This document shows, piece after piece, positions 38,116 to 51,204 of a DNA stretch of 64,000 bases; the stretch's first letter is position 1, and each line of letters opens with the position of its first letter. The position numbers and the translations under genes were made by a program. The notes below the pieces were generated by a model, which worked only from the letters and a program-made list of their open reading frames with translations, ran no database searches and was not told the origin of the DNA. Source of the stretch: Camelus dromedarius (Eukaryota); NCBI RefSeq assembly GCF_036321535.1, contig NC_087437.1, positions 113,648,001 through 113,712,000 on the forward strand. The letters run 5' to 3'.

Positions 38116-38719
38116 AACTCAATGAATTTATCAGCCTGCTATTAATAATCAGAGCACGTCTCGGGTTATAGTTAATCTCTTAGCATTCCCTGAGAGACTT
38201 CACAGTATTTCAACTCACTTTCTTCACTTTGTTCATTGAACTTTTTAAACAGTGAGGATCAGTTAGACAGTAAAGTTCCAACCCAGTGCAAGTAATCTAA
38301 AGGTACTACATCACTCCATTAGAGCATAAGGCTGGCTAATTTTGGGGTTTTGTTTTCTTTTTAACTAGGTGTGGCTATAAGTTGAAGTTGACTTTTTAGA
38401 CCCTATAGAAGAGGTTGCAGGCTGACAATATTGCTTCTTTCAACCTAAATACTTTGCAACTTTGCATTCTATTCTGGTGATGCTGAAATTCTCAGCATCC
38501 AGCTGTAATTCTTTTTTCAGAAAAGCATGCCCAGGGTGGAGCGTATTCTCTGGAATAACCACAATGTCTGGAACATCAACGATGGATTTGATTTTTCGAA
38601 ACAGCCAGATGTCATTTAAGATGGAGACTAGTGATAAGTAAGTTAGCTAATGAAGCCTGGTAATGCTTGTCTGGGTCAAAAGTGAGGTGGATCTAAAAGT
38701 CAGATTATTTTACTTATTT

Positions 38720-38910
38720 AACCAATAAACTGCCCTGAGAGTCATTTCAAAAGAGCAGCTCCAAAAAGGCTTACAACAATAATGGAGCTGTTGGAATGAT
38801 GGCATATTTTCCCCAGGGGGTTACTTTGAAGGACACTGCAATTAGAGATGTGTAAATTCCAGAATATAGAGTTAAAATCAGATCTGTTATTTTCTATTCA
38901 CAATCTTTGT
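38720..38910 (+). mobile_element. Ancient mariner relic, MARNA-like 3' end
   Basis: TTTCAAAAGAGCAGCTCCAAAAA...TTGGAAT...CCCAGGGGGTTACTTTGAAGG...AAAATCAGATCTGTTATTTTCTATTCACA resembles the mariner G-D-Y-F-E-G terminus plus TIR. Confidence 0.55.
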
Positions 38911-40399
38911 ATCCATTTGTTTATGATAATTTTTAAAGGAGCGAGAAATCCATTTAAGACATTTCAATAATGTCTGCAAAGTAAATAACGAAAGTAATCA
39001 TGTATCAATTTGGGCAACTGCTCACTAAAGTAAGTTCCTTCTTCAGTGCTTTCAAAGCTCTCCATTGGCCCTTCCTGACCTGAGCAGCAGACCCTCCCAC
39101 AGTGTATACTAGTCTTAGGAGAATGTTCCCCACTAGACCCAACCTCTCCCTTCCTACGTGGCTCCCGCTGGTTTATCTAATCCTCTCCTCTGTCCCTAAG
39201 AATTAACCATCCTTTAACTTGAGTTTTCATTCCTTTATTTCACCATACAGCTGAGTTATTTGTTGTTATAAGTCTATACCTAGATTAGTCAAAGTGTATG
39301 GGGCTCAACAAGAGAACTTGAACCAGCAGAATGCTGGCAATACAGCAGGAGGCCATACAGGGGATAAAAGAACAAAAGGCCTTAGAAATGGGAACAGGAG
39401 CCTTCTAATAAGAGGCGTGAGGAGTTATTTCCCATAGGGAATTGCTCAACAGAAGAGTTAGTAAATTTGAAGAAGTTTCTAGGGGAGGAAATGGAAAAAT
39501 GGCGCAGCTCTCTGGAAATCCTTAAAAATAGGTAGATTCTTATTAACCCCTGGTGGTTTATCGCTGTGAACACAGAAACATTAATAAATGCAGATGGTCT
39601 GTTTCTCCGCTGCATTTTTGGAGAAAGAGGAATAATAGAACCAAATTTGCAACTTCAGGATGAGAGCCTTAGGAAGACTAGTCAGAAGCTCCAGTAACAA
39701 CCGGTAACGCCCCCTTGGAAGCAGGGTGGCCCCTCCAGTGGAACTGTTAATCAGCCCCAGTAGGAGCCATTTTCTGTGACTTGAGATGTTGGGGCGGGGG
39801 GGGGGGGGCGCTTGTTCTTTTTACACTCAGAGAAGTCCCTGTTACTGACTTGAAAAACAGTGAGTTTTGTAGCTTGTGCGAACCTATTTTCAGGCTAATT
39901 CTCAATTACACCCTTTGCCTTGGAGGGTCAAGTCGTTTGGTTTCCAGCGAATACTGTGGTTGTACCTGTGGTTACCCACTGACTTCTCATCTGCTTGCTT
40001 ATCTGATAACAGGCGAATGGGGAAAGAGCTTTTAATATCCCCCAAAAGGGGAAGATTGGTAATTAGTTATTCACCGCATGGAATCAGGCCAGGTCAGCTT
40101 ACTCCAAGGAAGAAAACAATCTGGATATTGGACTTGGGGGTTCCTCTTACACGAGAGTTTGGTCTTCTGCGTCTCATCTGGGTTGCTTTTTCTTTGTCTT
40201 TGTTTTTGAAATCCAGGTCAAAGCGTTACATACTGCAGAGGAGAGAGAAACTTTAGCCTCTCCTAAATTGTCATTTTCATGACAGCTCGTAAATTTCGTC
40301 CCTGTCCGGGATCTGCGTGTATATCCGCCCCGGGAGTCGTTCCTCCATCCCTCGTAAGGGAGCAGCGAGGGGATCCTTTATTTAAAAAAAAAAAAAATG

Positions 40400-40900
40400 G
40401 GTGAAGTAACTGAAAGAGCGACGCAGAGGCAACAGCCAGAAACGGCGGGGACGCGAACGGCGGAGACAGGAAAGGAGGCGGTGGAGCGGGCCCTGGGGCT
40501 CGGCGCGCTGCAGCGACGGAACTTCTGCAAAAGCTGCCTGCCTGCGCGTTATCAGCCGCGCGCAGGCCTGTGGTTTTCTCGCTCTCGCAACCCTGCTTTA
40601 ACTGCCGGTTTATTTTTCGACAAACAGGATGCCTCCATCTGAGGCTGTCAGCATCCCAGGCTCTTTGAGAGAAAAGAGGTAGTGCAGCCCCACCCTAGAG
40701 GCAAGGCCGGGGGCTCGGTTTCAAGAGGCTTCCCAGAGAAGCGGCACCCCTGCAGGTGCGGCCGCTGGGAGAACATCAAGAAGGGCGAGGAGGCAGGAGG
40801 GAGTGAAACCGGCCGTGCCCGCCACCCCCCACCCCGCCCTGCAACTGATTCCGCTGCCGCCGCTCTGCACGCCTCCCCAGGCAGAGCGGCTCCAATTGTG
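40400..40900. promoter_or_regulatory. Orthologue of the RUNX1 +23 (eR1) haematopoietic stem cell / haemogenic endothelium enhancer; boundaries approximate
   Basis: About 21 kb into the intron from the P1 ATG and CpG-rich. Clustered GATA TTATCA 40549-40554, RUNX TGTGGTT 40569-40575, MYB TAACTG 40599-40604, ETS CAGGATG 40625-40631 and E-box CATCTG 40636-40641. I recognise AACTGCCGGTTTATTTTTCG as +23 core sequence. Confidence 0.85.
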
Positions 40901-40922
40901 GGGGACAGCTTGGAGATCTAGG

Positions 40923-41090
40923 ACAGTGCTCCCCGAATGTTAATGTGCACGCAGATCACCTGAAGCTCCCGTGAAAATGCAGACTCTAAATCCGCGGATC
41001 TCGGACGGGGCCTGAGAGTCTGCTCTTCTATCAAGTTCCCAGTGATGCTGCAGCTGCTGGTCCAAAGACCACGCTTTGAATGGCCAGGTT
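40923..41090. mobile_element. MER5A-like hAT MITE
   Basis: ATCACCTG...AAAATGCAGACTCT...GGGGCCTGAGAGTCTGC...CAAGTTCCCAGTGATGCTG...GCTGGTCCAAAGACCACGCTTTGA. Confidence 0.82.
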
Positions 41091-41879
41091 TGGGGAGATT
41101 CCTGTCCAATCATTTTCCATAAATTTCTCATCTCCAGCCTCTGTATTGGCTACAAGCCACGTGCAGAGGATCCCGTATTAGAATGAATACTAATGGGTAC
41201 CTTGCAAATATCTCAGCCCAGCTGTAGTTATTCCCAGGGTTCTGGTTCAACACGAGCCACCTCGCTGGTGGAAAAGAAACCTCCTTTTTTGCTAGAGAGG
41301 GAACGTTTGAAAGAGCTAAGGATTTCTTAAGTCCTAGCTGTGAACAATTTAAGGGATTCAGAAGAGTCTAGATTAGATTCTGAGCCAAGAGATGGTGGGG
41401 GATGGGTGGGACATAAAAAACTCGCCCAAAACTCTCCAACCTGGTCGGGGTCTTTCTTACTGAGGAAAATATTTGCATCTCATAGTTGGAATTCAATGAA
41501 TGTCCGTATTTTTGAGAAGCTGTATAGTTTTGTGTAGCAGTACCAAATTTGGAGCACATCTATGAATATCCTAGACAGAACTTGATCTCAGACTAACTGC
41601 AGGGTCTTTCCTCTAAAGTGCCCGCCACTTTAAAGCACATGTTTTTGAGTCATGTTCAGTTAGCACAAAGTATGATCTGAGAGACTAGACTAGAAAATCA
41701 TGGTTTGGGCATAAAATTGCAAGAGAAGACTCACAATCTAGAATGTAGGGGTCCTGCTGGAGGCAGTGCTGTCCGACGTAGAAAAGGCTTCTGCATAATT
41801 TGCTAAGCCCTGAAATTTCGCAAAGCCTCCATTTTGACTTCAGCAGAACCAGTCACAGGCTTCCTGTTAGTGTGTGTTT

Positions 41880-42000
41880 CTCCAAATCACATGGCTGTTA
41901 AAATGCAGATTCTCGGGCCCTTGGGCCTTGTGTCTCTCACGGGAGTTCAGGCCCAGGAATCTGCATTTTAACAGACACTCCAGGGGATTCTTATATACTG
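41880..42000. mobile_element. MER5-like hAT MITE fragment
   Basis: TGTTAAAATGCAGATTCTCGGGCCC...GGCCCAGGAATCTGCATTTTAACA, an internal inverted repeat typical of MER5. Confidence 0.75.
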
Positions 42001-43894
42001 CCTGGTCTGCAAGTTCTGGCCCAGCGTTCTCACCGCAGCATTCAAAGATCTGCCTTCCATCTCGCTGTTCCCCAGGGAGCCAGGGAGGCCTCTTCATCGC
42101 CCCGGAACACTGCCCGACCCAGTCTGACCAGCTGCCTCACTCCCTGGGTCTCCTTGGTCTTCCCCAGCCCTGGATAAAATGACTTCTCCTTCCTCTCTGA
42201 GCCCTCGTCAGCTCCCTGCTTCACAGTCAGCCATCAGATACGTCCCTGCTCGGTGGCGGCCCTTGCGTTAGGCTGTGCTAGCCAAGTCACATTTTGTTCA
42301 CTGACTATTTCTGATTCTTTGCTTTGCCTTCCTAGATGGTAAGCTTCTTGAGAGACGCTTCATGCCACGTGATCTTTGTATTGCAAACTATTTTCTCACT
42401 CTGTGTCACACACACATCAACTGTCCAGTACACTTATTGATGGGTCATTCCTAACGTGTCTCACAGTGTGCGATGAACCTGGCCCCCTAGGTGTTAGGAT
42501 CAGAAGACACTGGGCAGGGAAATGGGGGGTGCTGGTGACATGGTTGAGAATCTGGTTCTACGGTCACTTTAAAAGACACAGAGGAAGTGAGAAAAAGGGA
42601 GTGTAGACCCCCAGCTCATCTGTCTGTTGCATTAACTGAGGAAAGCATTGCTTTTTTGTTAACTACAGCTTCCATTCTGCTTGGAATCTAGATTATTAAC
42701 TCTCTAAACCAAGGGTTTGATGTTCGATTTTCTGTCGCATCCCCCCATGATGGACTTCTCAACCTCTCGGGTGTCCTCTCCCCCACCCATCTCTTCTGCT
42801 CCTGCTGGCCTCCCTACTCTCTTTTTGCCCAGTTGGTGGTCAGCTCAGTAGCTCAACTCCAAGCTCAAGCTGGAAGAAATTGTGGAGTATTACATATAGT
42901 TTGGCAGATTAACGAATGGTAATATATTCTTGATTTAGCTGAAAGCTAGAAACATAATCCCATCTTCATCCTGACATGGCTAGGGTGATTGGCTGTGCAA
43001 CCTTGGTTTTCTTTCTTAACCTTTCTAAGTTTCAAAATTCTTGTTTTGTGTTATTTAAACTCTGAGCCTCCATGTTTTCATCTTCAAAGTCAGCCTGACA
43101 ATATTAGCTCACCAGGCACTGGGGGGCTAAGTGTGAAATCGTCTGGAGACCTCTTGGAGATCCCGGCACCAAGGGTCCTGCTTCTGAGCGTGGGTGTATT
43201 TCCTGGATGAATGTCCTTTAGTGTTCTAGATTATCCTTTGCTTCTTCTGCCTTCTGACGTCTCAACCACATGCCCACGGCTCTTCCTGACCCACCCTGAT
43301 GCAGTCCTCCAATGCTTAGCTTCTCTCTCTCTCTCTTAGGGACTCAGTAGGGGTACCTTCCTTCTTGGATTTCAGACATAGTCCTGTCAGCCATCTGGTC
43401 ACCCTCCTCACCAGCTCAGTGGTGCCCCCACCTCTGCCCTGAGGACCCCTTCTCCTTATCTTCTCTCTCCAGTCTCTCATTTGGTGCCTCTCAATGCTCC
43501 CTCAAGCCTTGACTTTTCATGCTGGGTTCTCTCTGTCTTTTCCTTTTCCTCTGATGCTCAAAGTCCTTACAATAGTCTTCAGGCCATCTGTTTTAAGGTG
43601 ATATTTCCCTCCTCCCCATAACACAGAGATTAGGATCCATCTTTATAATATTAAGGTGCCTACAACAGATACTGGACCATGAAAGGCCTTGGAGATCCCA
43701 ACGTGATCTCTGTGATGGTAATTTCTAACCCCTTCCAGATTCTCCATCTACCCTTTGACAGGTACCTGTTCTGAAGACACACACAATTGTCTCCCTAATT
43801 TAGGGAGGCAAGGAGGGATGCACTTTCCAGAAACTAAAACACCAAGAGGGAATAAAAGGCAGAAACAGAAATGCATCTCAACTACCATAATTCT

Positions 43895-44140
43895 GGTGGT
43901 TAGATTTCTCAGCCCCATCACTATTCACATTTGGGGTCTGATGATTCTTCGTTGAGGGGAGGCTGGCCTGTGCATCTTAGTATGTTCAAAGCTTCCCCAC
44001 CCACTAGGTGCCAATACACCTGTCCTACCTCCCCACCAGTGGTGACCGCTAACAATGTCTCTAGACATTGCCAAATGTGCCCTGGGGGCAAAATTACCCC
44101 CACACCTCTCAGCCCCTCTCTTTAGTTAAGAAGCACCGAT
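43895..44140. mobile_element. MER20-like hAT MITE
   Basis: TTTCTCAGCC...CACTATTCACATTTGGG...CCTGTGCAT...CCCACTAGGTGCCA...AATGTCTCTAGACATTGCCAAATGTGCCCTGGGGGCAAAATTACCCC. Confidence 0.85.
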
Positions 44141-45394
44141 TTAAGATATTTGAAGGTGACAGGCATGGAGAAGAAAATGGAGAAAGTAATGAGAAAGGAC
44201 TACTCTGGCAAGAAGTTCCCTATATATTATCTACGTAAGAGAAAGGAGCCTGAACAAACCCATGAGGAAGGAACCAGGAGATCAAATCTTAAGAAGAAGT
44301 GTGACAGTTACAAAGTTAAGAAGACATTGTTTTGGACAGAAGATCCACTAAGGAACATTCTTGAATGGAGCAAAGAATAAGGCCCTGCTCTCACGGAATC
44401 ACTCTCACATGCAGACGTGGCTATGGACCCAGGTGGATGCCTCCATGTGACCGAAGTCCAGGCTTGGCAGAGGGGGATTTAGGTGCAGAGGGACTTTCAG
44501 GGAATGGCCAGAAGTGATTCAGAGCACCAGATCCTACAATTATTCAGCACATGCCAAAGGTCTTGGAATGGAAGGGGAGCAGAAACACACATATGTAACA
44601 TCGCCTGCCCAAAATTTCCCTGAAGAGAATTCTCCCGTAGAGTGAGGGATACAGAGAAAGGGTGGTGGGTACAATGGGATAGACATCCAGCAGGACCGTC
44701 TGTGCGCACACTCAGCCTCCCCAGACTTCACCGAGATAGGCAAGATCTAAAACTACTGTAAGTTATTTGACAATGTTTCTGATTTTCCACTGATACCGTC
44801 TTTTGAACAGGAAAAAATAAAAGGTTAGGTTTTCCCATAAAAAAGGTCTCTTGGAGCAGATAACAGAGGAATACAGAGCATCCTTTCTGTTCTTTGTTTG
44901 GTGTCATAGAGGTAACCCAGTGGGACATGGACTGGACCTCACTGTCGGTTCTGTGATTATGACTCTCTTGGGCACAGGCATTTATCTTCCCACACAGGTA
45001 TTCTATTTAAAGCACAAACCAATCAACTCAGGATTAGAAAGAAGCCTGTTAACTATGTAGGTTTCTTACATGTTTCTCCTTGTACTTGCCTAGCTTCCCA
45101 CGGGGACACCCACAGGACTTCTAGCCCGATACCTTTGGACAAAAGTGGAACTAGCTTCATGCGATCTGCTCCCATTTGCTCTAATGTCCCCACACACTCC
45201 TTCCTATTTCTTAGCTGGTCACAGGAGCTAAGGAGGGAACCAGGTACGGGTGGAGGTACTAGTTACTTGCTCCCTGCTGTTGTGTGGGTGGAGAGGCTAC
45301 TGTGGACTCTTCTGCTCATACCCATTGAAGTTTCTACACTTCAGTAGTAAGTTCAAGGCTGATGGAGCTTCATCCTTCTATCTGTTCACCTGTC

Positions 45395-45610
45395 CATACA
45401 TCCACCCATCTATCCATCCATCCATCCATCCATCCATCTGTCCATCCATCTAACATTTGTTGAGTGCCTGCATCCTGCCATGTATAGTGAATAAAGAGAA
45501 AAAATGAGGAGAGTTTATCTTTCAAAGAACTCAGAGTCTCTGGGAGAATATATTTATAAACAGAAAAGCTTGAATTACATTTTGGCAAGTGCTACGGTAG
45601 ATATCTGAAC
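45395..45610 (-). mobile_element. L2 3' end with expanded (TCCA)n tail
   Basis: (TCCA)n at 45395-45450 followed by AACATTTGTTGAGTGCCT...ATAGTGAATAAG...TCAAAGAACTCAGAGTCT. Confidence 0.7.
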
Positions 45611-46309
45611 TGAGTAAAAAGAGTCGGAACTAGAATGTGGCCTTTTGCATGAACTCCCAACAGGTATCCTAGAAGACTTGGTCATCAGACCATCACTCTG
45701 GTAACCCCACTGCTTCAGCGAGCAAACATAGATGACGTCTATACATGTCTGTGGCAGGGATGTGGGGAGCCTGCTCCTGTTCCCCCATCACCTCATGCAG
45801 ATACGTGTCCTAGCACTTATAACCTGCACAGTGATTTCCCTCCACTCATCAATGGCCCAGCTGGGTGGCTCTAATGACACTGCTACCAAAGAAGTGATGG
45901 GAGCGATGGAAATTGTGCGCAGGAGTGTGGGGAAGTATCCTCCCAGAGGGATTTGAAAACAGCATGTAGAAAAATGAAATTGAATGGGCTTTGAGATTTC
46001 TGACATTTTGACTAGATCTTCAATGACCTGTAGGCCCTTGGATCTATCAGTATCTGGTCTTTTTGATTGTCTCTTTTCTAGATTTTTGAGAGTCTTCATG
46101 AAAGATATGCTGATCATCCCTTTATGATACAGTTCCAGTACATCCCTTCAAACACAGTTTTAAAAGAGGTAAGGATTCTTTCATCATCAAATCATAGTCC
46201 TCCTTCCCATGATGCCTATAATTAGAGACTCAGATCACTCATTTTGAATTTTTTCCAAAGGACATGAATGTCCAGGTTACACCCTCTTTGGAAGACCATC
46301 TCTTGGGAA

Positions 46310-46562
46310 GGTGCACAATTTAGTAGTTAAGTGCTCAAGATCCCAAACCAGACTACATTTGAATTCAGCCCTGCCACTTCCCAGCTGTGTGACCTCAAAC
46401 AGATCTCTTGGCCACTCTGTGCCCCAGCCACACAAGTGTAAAATGAGGAGGCTAATCATCCCCACTGAATAGGTGACAACGATGACATGAGTCTCTATTT
46501 GTCAGGCACTTAAAGCAGGGCCCGGCCCATGGAAAATACTGTGTAATAGTGCTTGTTCAATA
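46310..46562 (+). mobile_element. MIR SINE
   Basis: TAGTAGTTAAGTGC...TTTGAATTCAGCCCTGCCACTTCCCAGCTGTGTGACCT...TGTAAAATGAGG. Confidence 0.82.
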
Positions 46563-47047
46563 AAACTTGACATTCCAACAGTGCTTTCTCATCGCCTCCT
46601 GGGGGCTGACTTCTGTCTTCTGAACTTAATCATTGTGAGCATTGAACCGAAGCAACCTGGAGGCATTGTTCCGGGAGTCCCTCATTTTCTCTCCTTTGCC
46701 CTAGTTTTTCAGCAGAAAAACTATTAAAGATCGAGTTAACAGGTCTGGCTTCCTGTAGAAAGTAATCTCTGTGTATCGTTCTTCCTTGTTTGCCCCCAGC
46801 AGACTGAAATCATGGATACTTTTACTTTCTGCTCTTAACTCTGGGGAATTTGAATGACTGCCCTGCTTTTAAGGACTGTCAGTTCCCGTGGACAGCTTGA
46901 CCCAGCATTAGGGGACTGGGGTGGGGAGAGGGGTCAAAGTAGGTGTAGGGGTACAAACATGTTGGAGAGGGTCAATATTTTATATCCTTGGCTCATAAAT
47001 ACATGGGAAGTGACCATAGTGCACTGGCTCCTTGGGGTTCTCTGGAG

Positions 47048-47255
47048 CAGTGGTTCCCACACAGGGTGATGGTAGCCCTCAGGGGACATTGGGCCATGTC
47101 TGCAGGTGGTTCTGGCTGTCACATCTTGGAGAGGTGGTGCCACTGGCATCTAGCATGTGTGGGCCGGGGATGCAGCTACATATCCTGCAGTGAAAGCACA
47201 GGGTCCCTCAACAAAGAAGGGGCCAGTCCCCCACGTCAACCTTGGTGAGGTTAAT
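47048..47255. mobile_element. MER20-like hAT MITE (opposite orientation to the 43.9-kb copy)
   Basis: CAGTGGTTCCCA...GGGGACATTGGGCCATGTCTG...GGCTGTCACA...TGCCACTGGCATCTAG...GGGATGCAGCTACATATCCTGCAGTG. Confidence 0.78.
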
Positions 47256-50179
47256 GGAGGGCAAATTCTCAGCCTGCACGAAGCCTGATGCCTTTCCTAG
47301 AGCACCAGAGCACCAGAGATCTCAGGCACCTGCCCCCTAGTTTCACAGGGAGGACACACACAACCCCAAGTAGAGACCCCAAGTCAGCCCCAGGCTCCAT
47401 CTGTCACACTCCACCCTTATCCTGTACATAAGCTGTTTTCTACCAGCAGCCAAACCATCCAATCTGCAAGGATGCACGCGATGCCAGGGTGAGGTCACGC
47501 GGACGACAAAATTGGGGCTCACTTTTTGGATTTGGTTTGCCATAGCACATAAAGAGGAAAATGGGAGAGTCGAGGAGAATGGGATCCAATGAGAAAGCAA
47601 ATCAGATGGAAAGGAGAAAGCCCTTTACAATCAGCAAATTCAGCTTGAGGTTTCTCGTGCGCCGGCCGGCCCCCCTAAATCAGTCCTCACGACGGTACAC
47701 GAGGTGGGCACCATCTCATCATCGTCACACTGCACAGATGAGGAAGGGGAGGCCCAGAGAGGGCCAGTGGTCTGCGCAAGGTGACTCAGCAGGAAGCAGA
47801 CCTGGCGTTCGCACACAGATGCTCCGCCCCGTCGCAGGACGGGCGCTGATGTTAGAGAACCTGGATTCGCGCAGGGCTCTGACTCCGACACGCTGTGTGG
47901 CCCGGGAGGTTTCTTAACCCATCTTTGCTTCGTGCTCCTTTAGCATTTTTATCCAATGAGGATTCAGAGCTGTACTTATCTTGCAAGGTTTTTCATTAAA
48001 AGGGATGCTGGAGGAGACGTGCCTGACATATTGTCCCCACTGGGCAAATGTCGCATGTTATTATTTATAAGCAACAATGTAACTGAATTATCTGACACAA
48101 AGACCAGAATCCTTCCCAGCAGTGGTGTGAAGGAGGCACAGAGTAACCAAGCCAGGTGGTGTGGGGGGCCCCCCTCCCTTCTCACCCGATGTGGACTACT
48201 GTTCCAGAACTTCCAGAACCATCACGGGCCCAGGCTCCTGTGAGGCCACGTGCCTCACGGTCCCTCTCTGTTTTTACTCCTTCAGGCTGTGTGCTCTTTA
48301 TAAAAAAAAGTGGACGAGAGAGAAGAGGCTGTTTTGAAGCAACTCCCACTGCTTCTTTGTATTGTCTGGACTCCGATCTGACCTGTGGTGGAGGTGAGAT
48401 CTCTCGCACAAAAGGGTAGGAAGCCTGGGCCTCAGAGAAGGGCCCCTGTGGGAGTGTTAGCGAGGGCCCAGGGCCAGGACTCCCCAGACAGAACCGAGGC
48501 CTGAGCGAAGGGCAAGTAGAGCTCACGGAAGGAAGATGGAAGAGGGAGGGAGGAAAGGGGGGCTGGCCCTGGGGTGTGTGCAGATGGTGCTAAATAAGCA
48601 CAAAAAGGGCAGTTTTCTGAGTCACAAGAATTCCCCAACTATAACCTCCCATTTACACCGTGGAGTTTTTATTCCCCTGTCAACTGCACACTTTGTGTGA
48701 GGAAAACATGTCTTTGGCGGGAACATGGAATCATCTTTCCAAAGGTGCTTTATTAGTTTACTATTACTTTTTATTGCAAAGAATAATTAGCATGAGCGCT
48801 TTTTAATTTGTTCCCATTAAGATGTTTGCATAACGACAATTAGAGGCTGGCAGGCACCCGGCTTCTAGGCAGGCAGGGGACTCTTGCTGGCCAGGAGCCG
48901 GCTTGGGGGGCTGGGGACTGTAATTAATTATTGCATCCTTTGCCACGTGGAGCCCAAGGAGAAAAGAAAGGAACTTTCTGCAACTCTGTGGTAATTCGCT
49001 GTAGAATCATCAGATGAAAAATGCCTTTTATACAAATAAGGGTAAAGAGAGAAAAAGAAAACCTCAAACCCACCTACTTGAAAAAAGGCCTCGTAATGAC
49101 GTCAGAGGACGGGTGACGTGGACTTCTGAAATTACAGAAGTTTCTGCAGAAGGACAGAGCATCCTGGCCAGGTGAGTGGGCCTCTAGCTTTGCAGCTCTG
49201 GCGTGCGGGGTCCGGCTGGCGGGAGGCAGTCCAGCCACTTTTGCTATACAGCTGAATCAGCCGTTTCTGGGTGGAATTTTTATCCCAACCACAGGAAGAG
49301 TTGGATGTGAGTGTCTGCTGGGAGCCTCACTGAAAACCTGGCTGGAGTCAGGGTCCTGACGGGCTGGCTCCCTGGGACTCCATGGCTTCCTGAAGGGTGG
49401 ACCTGGGTGCTAGGCCCCTGATTACTGGGCAGATCATTCCATGGGTTCTTCTGTACGTGGGTCCCGGACACGGACCAGGATGGGGCAAGAGAGGCACCCA
49501 GGATGTGCAATTTAAGAAGGTGTTGTCTCTCCTGTTTGTGCAAGTGCAGGATCAGCCTGACATTACTCCAAGAGTGATCATCTCTTTAAGGTATTTTTCC
49601 AGGAAGTGCCTCGCTGAATCAAACTAGTCCTTCCCCAGATAGACTGCCAGACTGCTAAGTGCACAACTAGGTGGTTGGGAAGAAAGACTTAATAATGGTC
49701 TCCCCCAGCCAGCAGCTCACCATCATCTTGGGAACAGGTGAGTCTGATTTCCACTGAAGTGTGTGCACTGCCGGTTTAGAGAAGCATCCGCTGTGGGCAA
49801 CCCCGGAACCACCAGAATGTCTCCCTTGGGGTGAAGCTCTGATGGGGAGGGGCCGTGAGGATTAAACTAGTGGGCAGGGGAGGCATTGACACTGACAGTG
49901 GGGACCTAAAACGACCACATGCATCCAGAAGCAGGCAAGCGGTTCGGGATGGTGGACTTAACAGTGGACAGTGGCCCTGGTTTGAGGCCACCTGAGGTTC
50001 AGCCCCCCACAGTGTCACCTGCTTTCCGGGGGCCTTGGCAAGTCCCTGACTCCATAAAGCTCAGCTTTCTTGTGTGTCAGACTGAGAGAATGGCAACACC
50101 CACTGTCCTCCCTGCACAGGCGGTAGGCTCTGCAGGGCAAACCCCTTCATTCAGACCTGGCTCCCCCCTCCCCTAGCAG

Positions 50180-50360
50180 CCTAACTTCAGGCAGGTTACC
50201 TAATCTCTGCATGCCCTGCTCCCCTCAATAAAATAGGATTAGAAAAGAGAGTAGCTACTCCTGGGTTTGTGCGAAAGATTTAAGGAGGTCATGCAAGAAA
50301 GTGCTTGGCAGGGTCAGTACGGGGCGCTTGGCACATGCTCAGTATATGCTAGCTGTCACT
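50180..50360 (+). mobile_element. MIR SINE fragment
   Basis: GGCAGGTTACCTAATCTCTG...ATAAAATAGG...GAAAGTGCTTGGCA...TGCTCAGTATATGCTAGCTG. Confidence 0.6.
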
Positions 50361-51204
50361 GCGATCAGCTTTAAAAATTCACAACTCAGCCATCGGCCGA
50401 GGCGCACTCAGACCACGTCTGCACTGCTGCGTAGTGGGGGGTAGACCCAGTTCTGCATCCTGCCCTGGGCTGGCTCCTGGCTCAGCTATGGGGCTGTGTG
50501 CTGGGCCAGCAGGGCTCACTTCCCTGCCCACTCTGCTCTATACACCTTCAGTGGAATTTTCCAGTTGCCGTTACTTACTGACTTCCTCTATGTGTCCCTT
50601 GCTTCCTATGTATTATCTCTAACCCTTTCGACAGCCATCCAAAGTAGGGATTGTTGCACCCACTTTCCAGAGCCCCTTGCCCTAAAGATGGAATAGAAAC
50701 CGACCTCCTGACTCCAAAGCACTGGGCTCCCCACTCTCCTGCTGGCTGATCAGGCCCATCCTTCCCCTTGGCCTCCCCATCACAGACAGCTCCCAGGGAA
50801 GGACCTGGTGCTCAAGAACACACGCCTTCTTCTGGAGTGGAGTTTATACTTCAGCACCCATGGGAGCATCCCGGTGAAGGGCTCAGGTCCCTGCTGATGG
50901 CAGCTGAGCCCCCAGTGAGCAAGACACGAAATGTGCAGGCCTGGGGACTTCCTGATTTAAACGGAGGTATTCATGAAGAGGAAGGAAAAACACATCGCAG
51001 CTTGCCTTTTTAGTTTTTATCTTGTTTTAATTTCTAATTTTGGCACGTGTTTTACACTGTACACACTGATTACATCGGAACAGCAGCACAGGCATGTAAA
51101 CGATAAATGTATAACTCGGCCTAGGTTTGGGGGCATGTGCGGTGAGTTTTCCTTCTATTTGGCACGATCACAGGAATTTGGAAATTACTGTCTTTTTTTT
51201 TTTT

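Noticed and set aside
41896..41972. Hairpin-forming inverted repeat (possible miRNA or structured RNA)
   Set aside because: It is the internal palindrome of a MER5-type MITE; no independent evidence of an RNA gene.
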